Below, one piece after another: positions 1 to 12,000 of a stretch of 64,000 nt of DNA. Source of the DNA: Emiliania huxleyi CCMP1516 (taxonomy: Eukaryota). How positions within the stretch are numbered: position 1 is the first letter of the stretch; each line of letters begins with the position of its first letter. The position numbers were made by a program, and so were the translations under genes. The notes beneath the pieces were generated by a model. It did not search any database. It had not been told where the DNA came from and saw only the letters and a program-made list of their open reading frames with translations. The stretch lies in contig NW_005202368.1 of the NCBI RefSeq assembly GCF_000372725.1, forward strand, positions 418,293-482,292. Reading direction: 5' to 3'.

Positions 1-2487
1 GCCGCCTCCGCCTCCTCCGCCGCCCGCGCCGCCGCAGCCTCTGCTACCACCCGCTCCGCTTCCTCCGCCACTCGCGCCTCCTCAGCCGCCCGCGCCTCCT
101 CCGCCTGCTCCGCCGCCCGCTCCGCCGCCCGCGCTGCCGCTGCCGCCGCCTTCTCCTCCTTCTGCCGCTGCCGCTTCAGCGCCCTGGCCTCGCGGGTCTT
201 TCGCTCCGCCAGCTCGTCGCGCAGCCGCCGCGCCGCCCGCAGCGCCTCCGAGCCGTCGGCGGCCTCGGTGTTCGCGTTGATCGCCGCCCTGAGCGCCTCG
301 AGATCGGCGTCGCCTCGCTCGCACGCCTCAACCGCCTCGCGCAGCGCAGCCTCGGCAGCATCGCGCGCCTCCGCCGCCTCCGCAGCAGCTGCCGCCTCGC
401 GTGCGGCCGCCTCGGCCTGCTCGGCTGATTCTGCGGCCGCCGTCTCCCCCCCAGCCTGTGCTGCGGTCGACGAGTGCTCCTCGAAGGCGCGCACGCACTC
501 GGCGTGGCCTTTCTCCTTGGCCCACTGAAGCGCCGTCGTGCCGCTCGCAGTGCGCGCCGCAGCGTGTGCGCCCGCCCGCAGCAAGCGCCGCACGACCGCG
601 GGGTGGTTGAAGAGAGCGGCGGCCATCAGCGCGGTGCCGCCGACGCTGTCCTGCAGGTTGACCTCCGCGCCGTGCTGCAGCAACAGCTCGACCACCCGCT
701 CGTGGCCTTGGAAGGCGGCCATCATCAGCGCAGTCCAGCCGCTGCTGTTCTGCAGGTTGACCTCTGCCCCGCCCCGCAGCACCATCTCGACCACTCGCTC
801 GTGGCCGTTGTTGGCGGCGCCCATCAGCAGCGTGAGGCCGCTAATGCCGTCTCTCTCGCACGTCGCGTCGGCCCGCCCGCCACTGTCGAGCCACGCCAGC
901 ACCGCCTCCTCCTCGCCTCGCTCAGCCGCTGCCACGACCTCATCGGGGGCTGCCGCGACACCGCTCGACGCCTGCTCCGCCGCCGCCGCTGGAGATGGCG
1001 TCTTCGCGACTCTCGATCCAGCCGAGGAAGCGCCGCCGGAGGAAGCGCCGCCTGCGCCTTCGCCGCCGGCTGCCGCCGCCATGAGCCGTCCCGCCACCAC
1101 CTCCTGGACGTGCTTCTTGAAGGCCTCGACGCACTCGGCATGGCCCTGCTCCTTGACCAGCTGCAGCGCCGTCATGCCGATCGCATTGCGCGCCGCCGTG
1201 TCTGCGCCCGCCCGCAGCAAGCGCCGCACGACGGCGGGGTGGTTGAGGTAAGCGGCGAACATCAGCGCGGTTTCGCCGACGCTGTTCTGCAGGTTGATCT
1301 CCGCGCCGTGCTGCATGAGCAGGTCGACCACCTGCTCGTGGCCTTGGCCGGCGGCGGTTATCAGCAGCGTGAGGCCGCTCAAGCCGCCTCTCTCGTACGT
1401 CGCGTCGGCCCGCCCGCCGCCCTCGAGCCACGCCAGCACCGCTGCCTCGTCGCCTCGCCCAGCCGCTGCCACGACCTCGTCGGAGACTGCCACGCCACCG
1501 CTCGGCGCCCACTCCGCCGCAGCCGGCGACAGATTACCCGGCCGCACCCGCACGCTCTCGCCGCCGCCCTCGAGCGCCACAGCGTACCGCCCGCCCTCGA
1601 AGCTCCGCGCCACGCCCCGCTGCCCGTTCAGCTCGGGGCGGGCAGAGAGGCCGCCGAGCACGACGCGCTGGCCGAGCAGCGGCGCGTCCACAGCTGCCGC
1701 TGCCGCGCCCGAGGAGGCCCGGCCGTCTGCAGCCGCCGCCGCCTCAGCTAAGACCTTGACGCACTCGGCGTGGCCGTTCTCCTTGGCCAGCTGCAGCGCC
1801 GTCTTGCCGTTGACAGTGGGCGCCGCGTCTGCGCCCGCCTGCAGCAATCGCCGCACGACGGCGGGGTGGTTGAGGAGGGCGGCGCCCATCAGCGCGGTGA
1901 GGCCATTGCTGCTCTGCAGGTTAACCTCAGCGCCGCGTCGTATCAGCGAGTCGACCACCCGCTCGTGGCCGTTGCCGGCGGCGTGCATCAGCGCGGTGCT
2001 GTCGTCGCTGTCCTGCAGGTTGACCTCAGCGCCGCGCCGAATCAGCAAGTCGACCCCCCGCTCGTGGCCTCCGATTGCGGCCCACATCAGCGCGGTGCGG
2101 CCGTCGCTGGCCTGCAGGTTGACCTCAGCGCCGCGCCGAATCAGCAAGTCGACCACCCGCTCGTGGCTGGTTGATCTTCGCCCTGTGCCGCAGCAGCAGC
2201 GCGACCACCCGCTCGTGGCCGTACACGGCGGCGCCCATCAGCGCGGTGTCGCCGACGCTGCTCTGCAGGTTGACGTCAGCCCCGCGCCGAATCAGCAGCT
2301 CGACCACCTGCTCGTGGCCGTAGCGGGCGGCGCCCATCAGCAGCGTGATGCCGCTCACGTCGTCTCTCTCGCACGTCGCGTCGGCCCGCCCGCCGCCCTC
2401 GAGCCACGCCAGCACCGCCGCCTCCTCGCCACGCTCAGCCGCTAGCACGGCCGCGTCGGAGCAGCTGAGGGAATCTCTCACCGCCAT
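1..2487 (-). pseudogene. Ankyrin-repeat protein (ANK blocks + SH3-like module + Ala/Glu-rich coil), frameshifted near 2168; runs off the window's left edge
   Basis: ORF 2125..2589 encodes ANK repeats (GITLLMGAARYGHEQVVELLIRRGADVN). From about 2167 a different minus frame stays open to position 1, with many GxTALMxAAxxGHERVVxLL repeats and the GQRVVLGGLSARPELNGQRG...RYAV...VRPGNL module. Paralogue of 9048..12194. Confidence 0.8.
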
Positions 2488-2749
2488 ATCGTTCTTGTGG
2501 TTTGGGTTCCGGCTCTTTGGGTGGGTAGGGACCCTGTGGCATAAACACTTCTCATCAACCACAAGAACGCAACTATCGCCAATCCTCACGCGTCACGGCG
2601 TTTGTACACACATATGATGACGCCCTCCGGCACTAATACGCGCTTCAACCCATGCCGACCCATGACGGCGACCACGGGACCGTCGCCTTGAGGTCGTCCC
2701 CACTAGTTTGCCTGTGCGTACAGCTACGGTGGCATCGGGCCACCGACTA

Positions 2750-3428
2750 GTTGTCGCCGCCCCCCGCGCCGGGCGGCAGCGGCACGACGGACGCCACCTG
2801 CAGGAGTCTCCTCCGTTGAGCGAGAGCGGCTCCGTTAGCACGGGCTCTGCAAAAAGGTTGTCGTCGGTCGGCGCGTCGATGCTCGCGACCTGCAGCGGCT
2901 CGCCGCCAAACGAGAGCGGCGCAGTGGTCGCAGCCACGACGCCCCCCCCGCTCAGCGGCCCGCCCATCGCGGGTGAGGAGGCGGGGAGCGGCGCGGCGAT
3001 GAGCGGCGCGACGGCGCCGTCGCCGCCAGCCTCCGCCGGCTCGGGCGGGGCAAAAGTGGCCGCCGCGCCGCCGCCGCCCGCGAGCACGCGCACGCCGCCG
3101 CCCTCGTGCGGCTCGGCGAGCGCGGGCAGCGCGCCGTCGGTCAGGCTCCCCATGTGGGCGGCCGACGAGGCGAGCGGGGCGGTCATCGACTCGGACACGC
3201 GCGCGCGCGAGCTGCCGCCGGTGGCACGCGTGGTGCGGCGGGGCGGCGACGCGCCGCCGCCGCCGGCCAGCTCTCTCGCCTTTTCATACGCGGCCCTCGC
3301 GGCGGCGTGCAGCTGGCGCGCGGCGATGCCTCCGTAGCGGAGCGCGTACTCCTTTGCGATGGCCGCGTGGTCAGAGACGTCAGCGAGGAAGGCGTTCCAC
3401 GTCTCCTTGTCGGCGGCGAAGTGGCGGC
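2750..3428 (-). other. Probable orphan exon or gene remnant of unknown function
   Basis: A pyrimidine tract plus CAG acceptor near 3429 precedes protein-like RHFAADKETWNAFLADVSDHAAIAKEYALRYGG. Upstream lies a retrotransposon remnant on the opposite strand. Confidence 0.3.
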
Positions 3429-3479
3429 CTGGGGGAGAGGGGCGGCGGGCGGGCGGTGAGCTCTCTTCTCTCCCGTGCC

Positions 3480-3920
3480 GAGGCGCTGCTCTTCGAGGAG
3501 TTCGGCGCAATGAGCGCGGGGGTGGAGGAGCTGCTGAGGCGGGTGGCTGAGGTGGCGGGCCGGAAGCTCACATGGTGGCAGTACGACCAGACGTCGTGGC
3601 CGGCGCGCGAATGGATGCCGTTTGCGCTGCAGCGACTGTCGGTGCAGCTCTGGATGGCGCTCGCGGACGAGGCACAGCGCGCCATTGGTGCGGCTTCGCG
3701 GCCGCGAGGGACCGCGGGGGGATGCTAGAGTTAGTGGATGGGGCGCCGCTCTGAGGGGAAGGGAGCGGGGGGCGCCCAGTAGGGCGCCGGCAAAAACCCG
3801 CGTAGAGGGCGCCGTGCTATCTTCTTTTTTTATTCTGCAACAAGCACGCGCCAGTTCGCACCTGTGTCGAGCCTGTCTGCTGTGAATTGAAATTATTTTT
3901 AAAACTGGTGGATGTTCCTG
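3480..3920 (+). mobile_element. 3' remnant of a CRE/R2-type (RLE) non-LTR retrotransposon
   Basis: LLFEEFGAMSAGVEELLRRVA...WMPFALQRLSVQLWMALA matches the RLE C-terminal E-x-x-G...QRISxxL pattern and resembles 12645..12911. It is followed by sequence shared with 21529-21570. Confidence 0.6.
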
Positions 3921-4630
3921 TTGCAAGGAGGTAAGCCGGCAGGCAGGTGGGCGGCGGGGGTGTGCAGGGTGTAATACATGTTTGTTATGTGAACATAGAC
4001 CAGCGCAAAGCGCCATAGGACGTATTTTCTTGTCAATAACAAGGTCTGTGAAGAGAACCAAGGTTAAAAAAATGATTTTTTTTCTCGAGATCGCGTGGAG
4101 ATGTGATGTCATCAAGCGCAACACTGTGGTTTCTTATCTACATCGATGTAGGTCACGAGGCCCCGCCGTGCAGGGCGCTACGGGCTCCGGCCGGACGAGT
4201 CGCTTAGGCGGCTCCGGTGGTGTGCCTGTGATTGTGCTAGCACGGCGGTGAGGGCGACGGCGGTGAGGGAGGAGGCGGTGGGCTGGGTGGTGGTGGCAAG
4301 GGCGGCGATGGCGTGGGCGGTGGCGGCGAGGGTGGCGGCGTCGAGGGCGGCGGTGGCGAGGGCGGCGACGGCGAGGCGGTGGTGGTGAGGGCGGCGGCAG
4401 CGACAGTGGCGGCGGGGAGGGTGATGACGGGCCGGGCGGCGGCGAGGGCGGCGGCGGGCGGTGGCGAGTCGGCTATTGGGAGGCGGCGGGCTGGGCGGCG
4501 CATTGGCGTTATCTCTCCTCGCAGTCCTTCGCCTAGTGTCGGCGGGAGATCGCGTCGAGCTCTGATGTCATCAACGCACTCGAAGCTAAACACACTCGAA
4601 TATTCGACCGACAATGGCGAAGAAGGGAAA

Positions 4631-5545
4631 ATGAGCGACGCGTCGCTGCCTAACCAGCCGCCGCAGCCGGAGGGCGGGCCGTCCGCGACGGTCGAGGAGA
4701 GCCGCGCCGCGCTGCTGGCTCACCTCATCTCGGAGGTGCGCCAGATCAACCAAATCGGCAGGGTGCAGTCCGAGGCGCTCCAGCGGACCGCCGGCCGGAT
4801 CAACAGGATGGAGGAGAGACTGAACCTGCTCGAGCAGTCCAACAGGGTGGGCCTCGTAGAGACCACGGTGCAGTTCAACACCCTCTCCAACTCGATGGGC
4901 CTCCTGCAAACGGCGCAACAGTTCAACGAACTCGACTCGCTCCGTGAGGCCTGCGGTGCTGCTCCCATTGCTACCGCCGCCACGCCGGGAGGCGAGTCGG
5001 CGGCGAGCGGCGGCGTGGGCAGCATGCTTCCGCCGCCGGTGCCTCCGACGGCGCGTGCCTCGGGCGGCGATTGCGCCGGCCCCTCCTCCCTCTCGCCAGA
5101 GGCGGAGCCTGACGCCGCGGCCGCCCTCCACCAGGGCATCTTGCACATGGTGTGCACGCACCCCGGACCGACGCCCCTCCCGGCGGGTTGGGCTGGGCGA
5201 CCCCCCCCCCCCCCCACACACACACACACCCCACACCCCTCCCTCCTCTCTCCTCTCCCCCTCCCGCCCGAGTCAAACCTCCCCTCCCCTCCTTCCTCCG
5301 CCCCCCTGCAGGGCGAGGCCTCGCAGGGAATCTCCCTGCCGCTCTCGGAGATCCTCCAGACCATCCACCCGGCCGAAGGGAGCCCCTCATCGAAGCGGCC
5401 GCGGCAGACCGACGGAGCGCCCGAAGCCGAGCCCGCGCGCTGCCGCATCGTCGACATGGCCTCCACGCCGCTGCAGCCGCCGCCCTCGTCCGCCGCAGAG
5501 CCGGGAGAGGAGGGGGAGGGGGGGGGAGTCGACCGCGGCCGGTGA
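4631..5545 (+). CDS. Hypothetical protein with N-terminal coiled coil; probable in-frame intron at about 5150-5311
   Basis: ATG at 4631 opens a non-repetitive helical segment (LLAHLISEVRQINQIGRVQSEALQRTAGRINRMEERLNLLEQ). A GT...C-rich...CAG segment looks intronic. Confidence 0.55.
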   Translation: MSDASLPNQPPQPEGGPSATVEESRAALLAHLISEVRQINQIGRVQSEALQRTAGRINRMEERLNLLEQSNRVGLVETTVQFNTLSNSMGLLQTAQQFNELDSLREACGAAPIATAATPGGESAASGGVGSMLPPPVPPTARASGGDCAGPSSLSPEAEPDAAAALHQGILHMVCTHPGPTPLPAGWAGRPPPPPTHTHTPHPSLLSPLPLPPESNLPSPPSSAPLQGEASQGISLPLSEILQTIHPAEGSPSSKRPRQTDGAPEAEPARCRIVDMASTPLQPPPSSAAEPGEEGEGGGVDRGR

Positions 5546-6104
5546 GCGATGAGCATGAGCTCAATCATGCCCCTTACCCACGCACCTGACGCGCTGCTCA
5601 GCGCGCGGCGCGAGTACGTTCCCAACGTACGCTTTCGCTATCGCGGTCTAGCTAGTCGCGAGCCTGGGGACTGGGGAGCTCGGGCCTTCCCTCGTCTCAC
5701 ACGCCTCACTGTGACCTCCCACCCTCCGGAGTGCGCGCGGGGTTGTGCTTTCGCGCCCTGAGTACAATACGATAAACCCACAAAATCAAATGCGAGTAAC
5801 GACTCGCAGAGCGCAAAAACTGAAAACAGAGGTGAGAGGAGAACCGGGGAGAACGCTCACACCCCACTGGCACCGTGGCACTGTACAGTGTGCAGACCGA
5901 CATACAGCACGCACAATGTAGCACTTACTTTCAAGCGCGCGCATCCACCGCGCTCGCCCTCCACGGCCGTTGAGCGGCGCAACGCACATGCCCCCCTCGC
6001 GCGCGCTGGCGGCTCGACGAGGTCGGCCGGCGCGCGAGCACAACCCCAAGACGATGCCGTGAAGCGGGTTGCTGCGCGACCGAGCCGCCGATGCGCCGTC
6101 GGGG

Positions 6105-6990
6105 CGAAGGCGGCGGCGACGGCGGCAGCGGGCCGGGCAGCGGCGGTCGCGGTGGCGGTGGTAACGGCGGCGGCGTCGAGGGCGGCGGCAGCGAGGGCGG
6201 CGGCGGCGACGGCGGAGGCGGGCTCGGTGGGGGCGGCGACGGTGGAGGCGGCGAGGGAGGCGGCGGGGGCTCGGAGGCGGCGGCGAGGGCTGCGGCGGCG
6301 AGGGCTGCGGCGGCGAGGGCTGCGGCGGCGAGGGCTGCGGCGGCGGCGAGGGGGGAGGCGGCGACGGCGGCGGCGGGCTGGGCGGCGGCGGGCTGGGCGG
6401 CGGCGGCGACGGCAGCGGCGGGCTCGGTGGGGGCGGCGACGGTAGAGGCGGCGAGGGAGGCGGCAGGCTCGGAGGCGGCGATGAGGGCGGCGTGGCGAGG
6501 GCGAAGGCGGCGAGGGCGGCGGCGGCGACGGCGGATGCGGCGGCGGCGGACTGGGCGGCGGAGAGGACTGGGCGGCGTGCGGCGACGGCTGCGGCGGCGA
6601 GGGCAGCGGCGGCGACGGTGGCGGAAGTGAGGGCGGCGGCGGCAACGGCGGCGGCGGCGACGGCGGCGGCGGGCTCAGTGGGGGCAGTGACGGTGGAGGC
6701 GGCGAGGGAGGCGGCGGGCTACGCGGCGGCGGCGAGGGCGGCGGCGGCGAGGGCGGCGGCGGCGAGGGCGGCGGCGGCGAGGGGGGAGGCGGCGACGGCG
6801 GCGGTGGGCTGGGCGGCGGCGGACTGGGCGGCGGCAACGACGGCGGCGGCGGCGGTGAGGGCGGTGGGGGGCTCAGAGGCGGCGGCGACGGCGGCGGCGG
6901 CGACGGCGGCGGCGGGCTCGGTGGGGGCGGTGACGGCGGCGGCGGTGAGGGCGGCGGCGGCGACGGCGGCGGCGGCGGCGGCGGCGGTCT
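6105..6990. repeat. GC-rich low-complexity tandem tract that reads (SPPPP)n on the minus strand
   Basis: Degenerate 15-nt units such as GGCGGCGGCGAGGGC; a similar tract lies at 4245-4500. Confidence 0.85.
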
Positions 6991-9047
6991 GAGGCTTCGG
7001 CTGGGACACCCCTGCCTCTTGCAGGGGGACGAGCACGAGTTTGACTGGGGGGCGCGGTGGGGCGCCACCCCGGCGCGCCACACACGTGCGCGCGTGGCGT
7101 CTTCGTTGACAGCAGGGCGGTGAGCGTGCAGCAGCAGCGGCACACAGAGCGTCGCACCGCCACCCACAGAGCGACGCACCGCCACCACAGATTCAGGTCG
7201 ACGACTGCTACGCTGTCGAGCGGTGCGGCCGGCTGTCCCGCCCCTTCCTCGGCCGCTGCTACTACACGGCGCTGCAGCTCGGCCTCGCGCGGCCCGCCGG
7301 CATACTTTCCTCGTTACCCCGTCCGCCGATCCACTCGGCCGCGCGCCCCTCTGCCACGACGCGATCCCGCCGTGGGCGGCCCTCGCCGCGGTCGCAACGA
7401 CCGCCGGGCGGGCGACGCTGCGGACGGCGTCTTCGGCTCACGCGCGTGCCGTTTCGAACAGGTGGCCGTCGCGTGGGTGGGCGGCTGCGTCGGGAGTTGG
7501 CTCTGCTGCCGCCGGCTCGCGGGCCCGCCGGCGGAGAAGCCGGCAGCGGCGCGCAGTCGGCGGGGAGGGCGGTCGGGGTACGCGCCGGTGGAGGCGAGGG
7601 AGGCGAGCCCGGACCCGCTTGCGGGAGTCGGCCGTGTAGGGCGGCTCTCTCCGTCGTCGTCGCGTCGTCGTGTGAACACAGCGTTGCTGTCTTTCCCCCT
7701 TCTCGACTGTCTGTGCTTGTGCGTCTTGGGTCCGGAGTTGTGCGTTTATGTGAACACAGCCGTTGTGATCGGCGGTCGGCAGGTGCATGCCTGCCGACTC
7801 TGCTCGCCCACCTGGTGGCGGCGGCGCCGCCGCCGCTGACGACGGTACTGCGACCGGCGGTAACAGCGGCGCTGCCAGCGTCGTCAACGGCGTCGGCGCA
7901 GCCGGCCGGCAGCGACTGCCGACGGACGAGCAGTCGGTCCAGCACGCTTACGCTTCACTGCATGAAGCCAACACTGTCGCTCTCGACGCAGAGCATCTCG
8001 GTGGTGGTGTCGATGCGGTGGTGGAGGTGGTGGAGGAGGCGGAGGGCGCTGCGGCGGCGCTCCGTGAGGACGCGCAGCGGGCTCTCGCCAGTGCCGCAGA
8101 CGCAGCGGCTTCAGGTGGCGGCTGCTACGGCAAAAGCCATGCTGAGGCTTGGGCGGAGAGTGCGGCGCTGGAGCAGTGGGCAGACGAGCTCGAAGAGCTC
8201 GCCGAGCTCGCGGCAGCGGCGGAAGACGCGGATGGATCAGATCAAGACGAACCGAAGAGCGCCAGGACATCGACAGCGAGCTGTGAGCTACCACTTTCTT
8301 CCCGCTACGCTCGTGTTATTGGAGATGTTCAAGATGCAGTTTATCGGGCCGACGATCGGCAGCGAGGAGATATTCCTCGCCTCGCTGCTCATCGTGGGCA
8401 TTCGTTCAAGATGCTGAGCGACCGCGCGACGGCGACGGCGGCTGCTGCTGCTGCTGCCGCTGCTTCTGCCGCTGCTGCTGCCTCTGTTGCGGTTGCTGCC
8501 ATAGCTGCTGCGGCCGCACCACCCGGCGAGGCCATCCTCGCGCGCACGGACGCTACAGGCGCGGGCGCGGGGGTGGAGGGTGCGTATGAGGCGGAGATGA
8601 TGGAGGCGCTCGCCGCGTGCGGCAATTGAGCGCCTCCCTCTCTCTCCGGCTGCGCGCCTGACCGGTGCGGCCTCCGAGTCGGCGTCTAGCGCGCGCGATA
8701 AGGTTTTTGCTCGCCTTCCCTGGGACCCCGTGTTGCGTGACTCTGTGCAATTTCGGGCCCGGGGTTGTGCGTTTACGTGAACACAGCGCCATAGGAGGTA
8801 TTTTCTTCTCAATAACAAGGCTGTGAATGTGTTGTGGTCAAAAAAGCTGTTCGGTTTTTCAAAGCAAGGAGCACGCAACACTCTTGGGGACAAACAGAGC
8901 GGCTCGAATGTGCAGTTACTCGAGTCTCTACGGCCGCTATACGCCCCCGACCCCTCACGCGCGCCTCGCACATGGCCTCACACAACACACCGACGACGGT
9001 CTATACCTGTACCATACGACCTCGAGGAACACTCGTACACACAAATG

Positions 9048-12000
9048 TTACCCCTCGAGCGCCCCGATCGCCTCCGTCACCTCGGCAACTAGCCGCGACG
9101 CCTCCCCCTCGCTGCGCGGCCCGTCCCTCCTCCACCTCGCCGCGTCGTGGTGCCTCGCCGCGTTCGCCCAGATGCGCAGCGAGTGCAGCTGGCTCCGCAG
9201 CTCGGTCGGCAGGCCGCACTCGCGGTGCCAAAAGTTGATGCGCTCCTCGAAGCTGTCGGGCGCCGCCGCAGAGCGCGAGGCGTAGACGGCGTCGAGGCGC
9301 GGCATCAGCGTCTTGAATGCGAGCATCATGTTGTCCTGGATGCGCGCCTGCGCGTCGCCGCCCGTGCGCATGCCGCGCACCTGCACCGAGAGCGGCGAAG
9401 GCTCGTACCCGGTGGTGCGGGCGGCTGTCGCAGCGGCCTCGTCTCCAAAGGCCGGCGCAGCTTCTTCCACCCCCGCCCCGCCCCGCGCGCCAGACAGCAG
9501 CGCCCGGAGCGTCAGCAGCGCCTCGGGCAGTGTGGGCCGCTTGCGCAAGCTATGGTGGCAGAGGCTCTTCTGCCCGTCCCCCGCCTGCGCGAGGTCCTTT
9601 ACTGCGCGCGCCGCGTCGACTGGCCAGCCCGCAGCCACATCGGCGAGCTTCACTGCGTCGATGTCGGTCCAGTCCTCCTCGAACTCGTCCTCGCACCGGT
9701 CGGTGAGCTGCACCTCGGAGCGGCTGGTGAGGCAGACGAGGAGGGTGATGCCGATGGCGTAGCCGTCCGTCTTGCTCGAGTACTCGCCCCCCTTGGTGAT
9801 GGAGGGGCAGAGGTAGCCCGTGGACATGTAGAGGGCAGTCGAGCGGCAGCGAACAGACGCGTCCGGCCGCTGGTCCTTTGCGAAGCCCGTGTCGGCGAGG
9901 ACGGCGGTCAGCTTCTCGTCGAGCAGGATGTTGTCTGGCTTGACGTCGCGGTGCACGATGCCCTTCGAGTGGAGGTAGACGAGCGCCTCGGTCGCCTCGC
10001 ACGCGACACGAACGCGCTGCTGCCACGTCAGCGGCCTCGGCGGCTCCACCATCCCCAGCCGCCGGAGCTGCGCCGCTCGGTCGGGATCCGAGATACGCAG
10101 CCGCGCCTCGAGCGAACCGCCGCGCATCAGCGGCGAGAGGAGGCAGACGCCGTCGGGCGAGAGGCAGTAGCCGAGCAGCGGCAGCAAATGCGGGTGGCTC
10201 ACCGCCTTGAGCAGCTTCACCTCGAGCTCCGCCCGAGACAGGCCGCCCGACTGGCCCGACTTTGCCCGCTTGACGACGAGCGGCAAGTGGCGCAGCTGCG
10301 GCGGCGCGGCGAGGGAGAGGTGGAGGTCGGCCGACGCCTCGTAGACGCGGCTGAAGCCGCCGCTGCCAATCAGCTTGCCCTCTGCAAACCCGTCGGTAGC
10401 CGCGGTGAGGTCCGACAAGGCTAGCTCGACTGGCCGAGCAACAGCCGCCTCCGCCGCGGCTGGCGCGGCGGCGACAGACAGCTCTCCCAGCTTCGACTCT
10501 GCCGCGCTCACCTCCTCGGCCAAGGCAGGCAGCGCGCCCACGTGCGGCCTGGCGGCAGCGATGCCCGCTCGGAGCGCGGAGGGGCTGTCTGCGGTGTCGA
10601 GCGACTTGAGCGCGCCCATCGCCGCGCCATGCGCCTTGCGCAACCGCTGGCTGTCCCGCCTCCGCGCCTCCTTGAGCTTGTCGCGAACGCGCCTCGCCTC
10701 CGCCAGCACAGCCGGGCTCGCGAGGCTGCTGCACGCCTCCAGCGCGCTCGCCACGCCCTCGTACGAGCCAGCGGCCACGGCCTTCTGCAGCGCCTCGTCC
10801 GCCGCAGCGATGGCGGCTGCGTTGGCGGGCGGAGGAGATGGGGCTGGCGGTGGGGTTGGCGGCTGCAAATCGGCGGTAGCGCTGGGGCCAGGCGCCGCGT
10901 TGTCTGCCTCGCCGCCGCCGCTCTTCTTCTTCTTCTTCTTGCCCTTCTTGCTCTCCTTGGCGCGCTCCTCCTTCTCCGCCTCCTCCTCCGCCAGCAGCGC
11001 CTCGGCATGCCGCGCCGCAGTCGCCTCTGCCGCCGCTCTCACCGCCTCCCTCGCCGCTGCCTCCGCCTCCGCCTCCGCCGCCGCCGCATGCTCCTCGATG
11101 ACGTGCACGCACTCGGCGCAGCCCTCCTCCTTGGCCAGCTGCAGCGCCGTCTTGCCGTTCTCAGCGCGCGCCGCCGTGTCTGCGCCCGCCGCCGCCGTGT
11201 CTCCTCGAGGCCGTGTCCGCGCCGCCGTGTTTGCGCCCGCCCGCAGCAAGCGCCGCACGACGGCGGTGTGGTTGAAGTAGGCGGCGAGCATCAGCGCGGT
11301 GCAGCCGTCGCTGTTCTGCAGGTTGAGCTCCGCGCGGAGCTTCAGCAGCAGCTCGACCTCCCGCTCGTTGCCGAAGCTGGCGGCGTGCATCAGCGCGGTG
11401 AAGCCGTTGCCGTTCTGCGTGTTGATCTCCGCGCCGCGCCGTATCAGCAAGTCGACCACCCGCTTTTGGCCGCTGCGGGCGGCGGTCATCAGCGCGGTCC
11501 AGCCTTTGCTGTCCTGCTGGTTGATCTCCGCGCCGTGCTTCAGCAGCAAGTCGACCACCCGCTCGTGGCCTTCCTGGGCGACGATCATCAGCGCGGTGAA
11601 GCCTTCGTTGCTCTGCAGGTTGATCTCCGCGCCGTGCTGCAGCAGCAGCTCGACCACCCGCTCGTGGCCGAAGCTGGCGGCGCTCATCAGCGCGGCGAAG
11701 CCTTCGTTGCTCTGCAGGTTGATCTCCGCGCCGTGCTGCAGCAGCAGCTCGGCCAACCGCTCGTGGCCGTTGCCGGCGGCGCCCATCAGCAGCGTGAGGC
11801 CGCTAGTCTCGCCTCTCTCGTACGTCGCGTCGGCCCGCCCGCCGCCGTTAAGCCACGCCAGCACCGCCGCCTCCTCGCCTCGCTCAGCCGCTGTCACGAC
11901 ATCATCGAAGACTGCCGCAGCACCGCTCGACGCCCGCTCCGCAGCCAGCGACAGATTGTCCGGCCGCACTCGCACGCTCTCGCCGCCGCCCTCTAGCGCC

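Noticed and set aside
474..2445. Long plus-strand ORFs here and at 9147-12213
   Set aside because: They are antisense shadows of the GC-rich ankyrin and kinase genes.
5857..7188. Extensin-like SPPPP CDS
   Set aside because: No credible start or signal peptide, and the repeat frame shifts; reported only as a low-complexity tract.
7787..8629. 280-aa Ala/Glu-rich ORF
   Set aside because: No recognisable domain and it lies among repeat fragments; not supportable as a gene.
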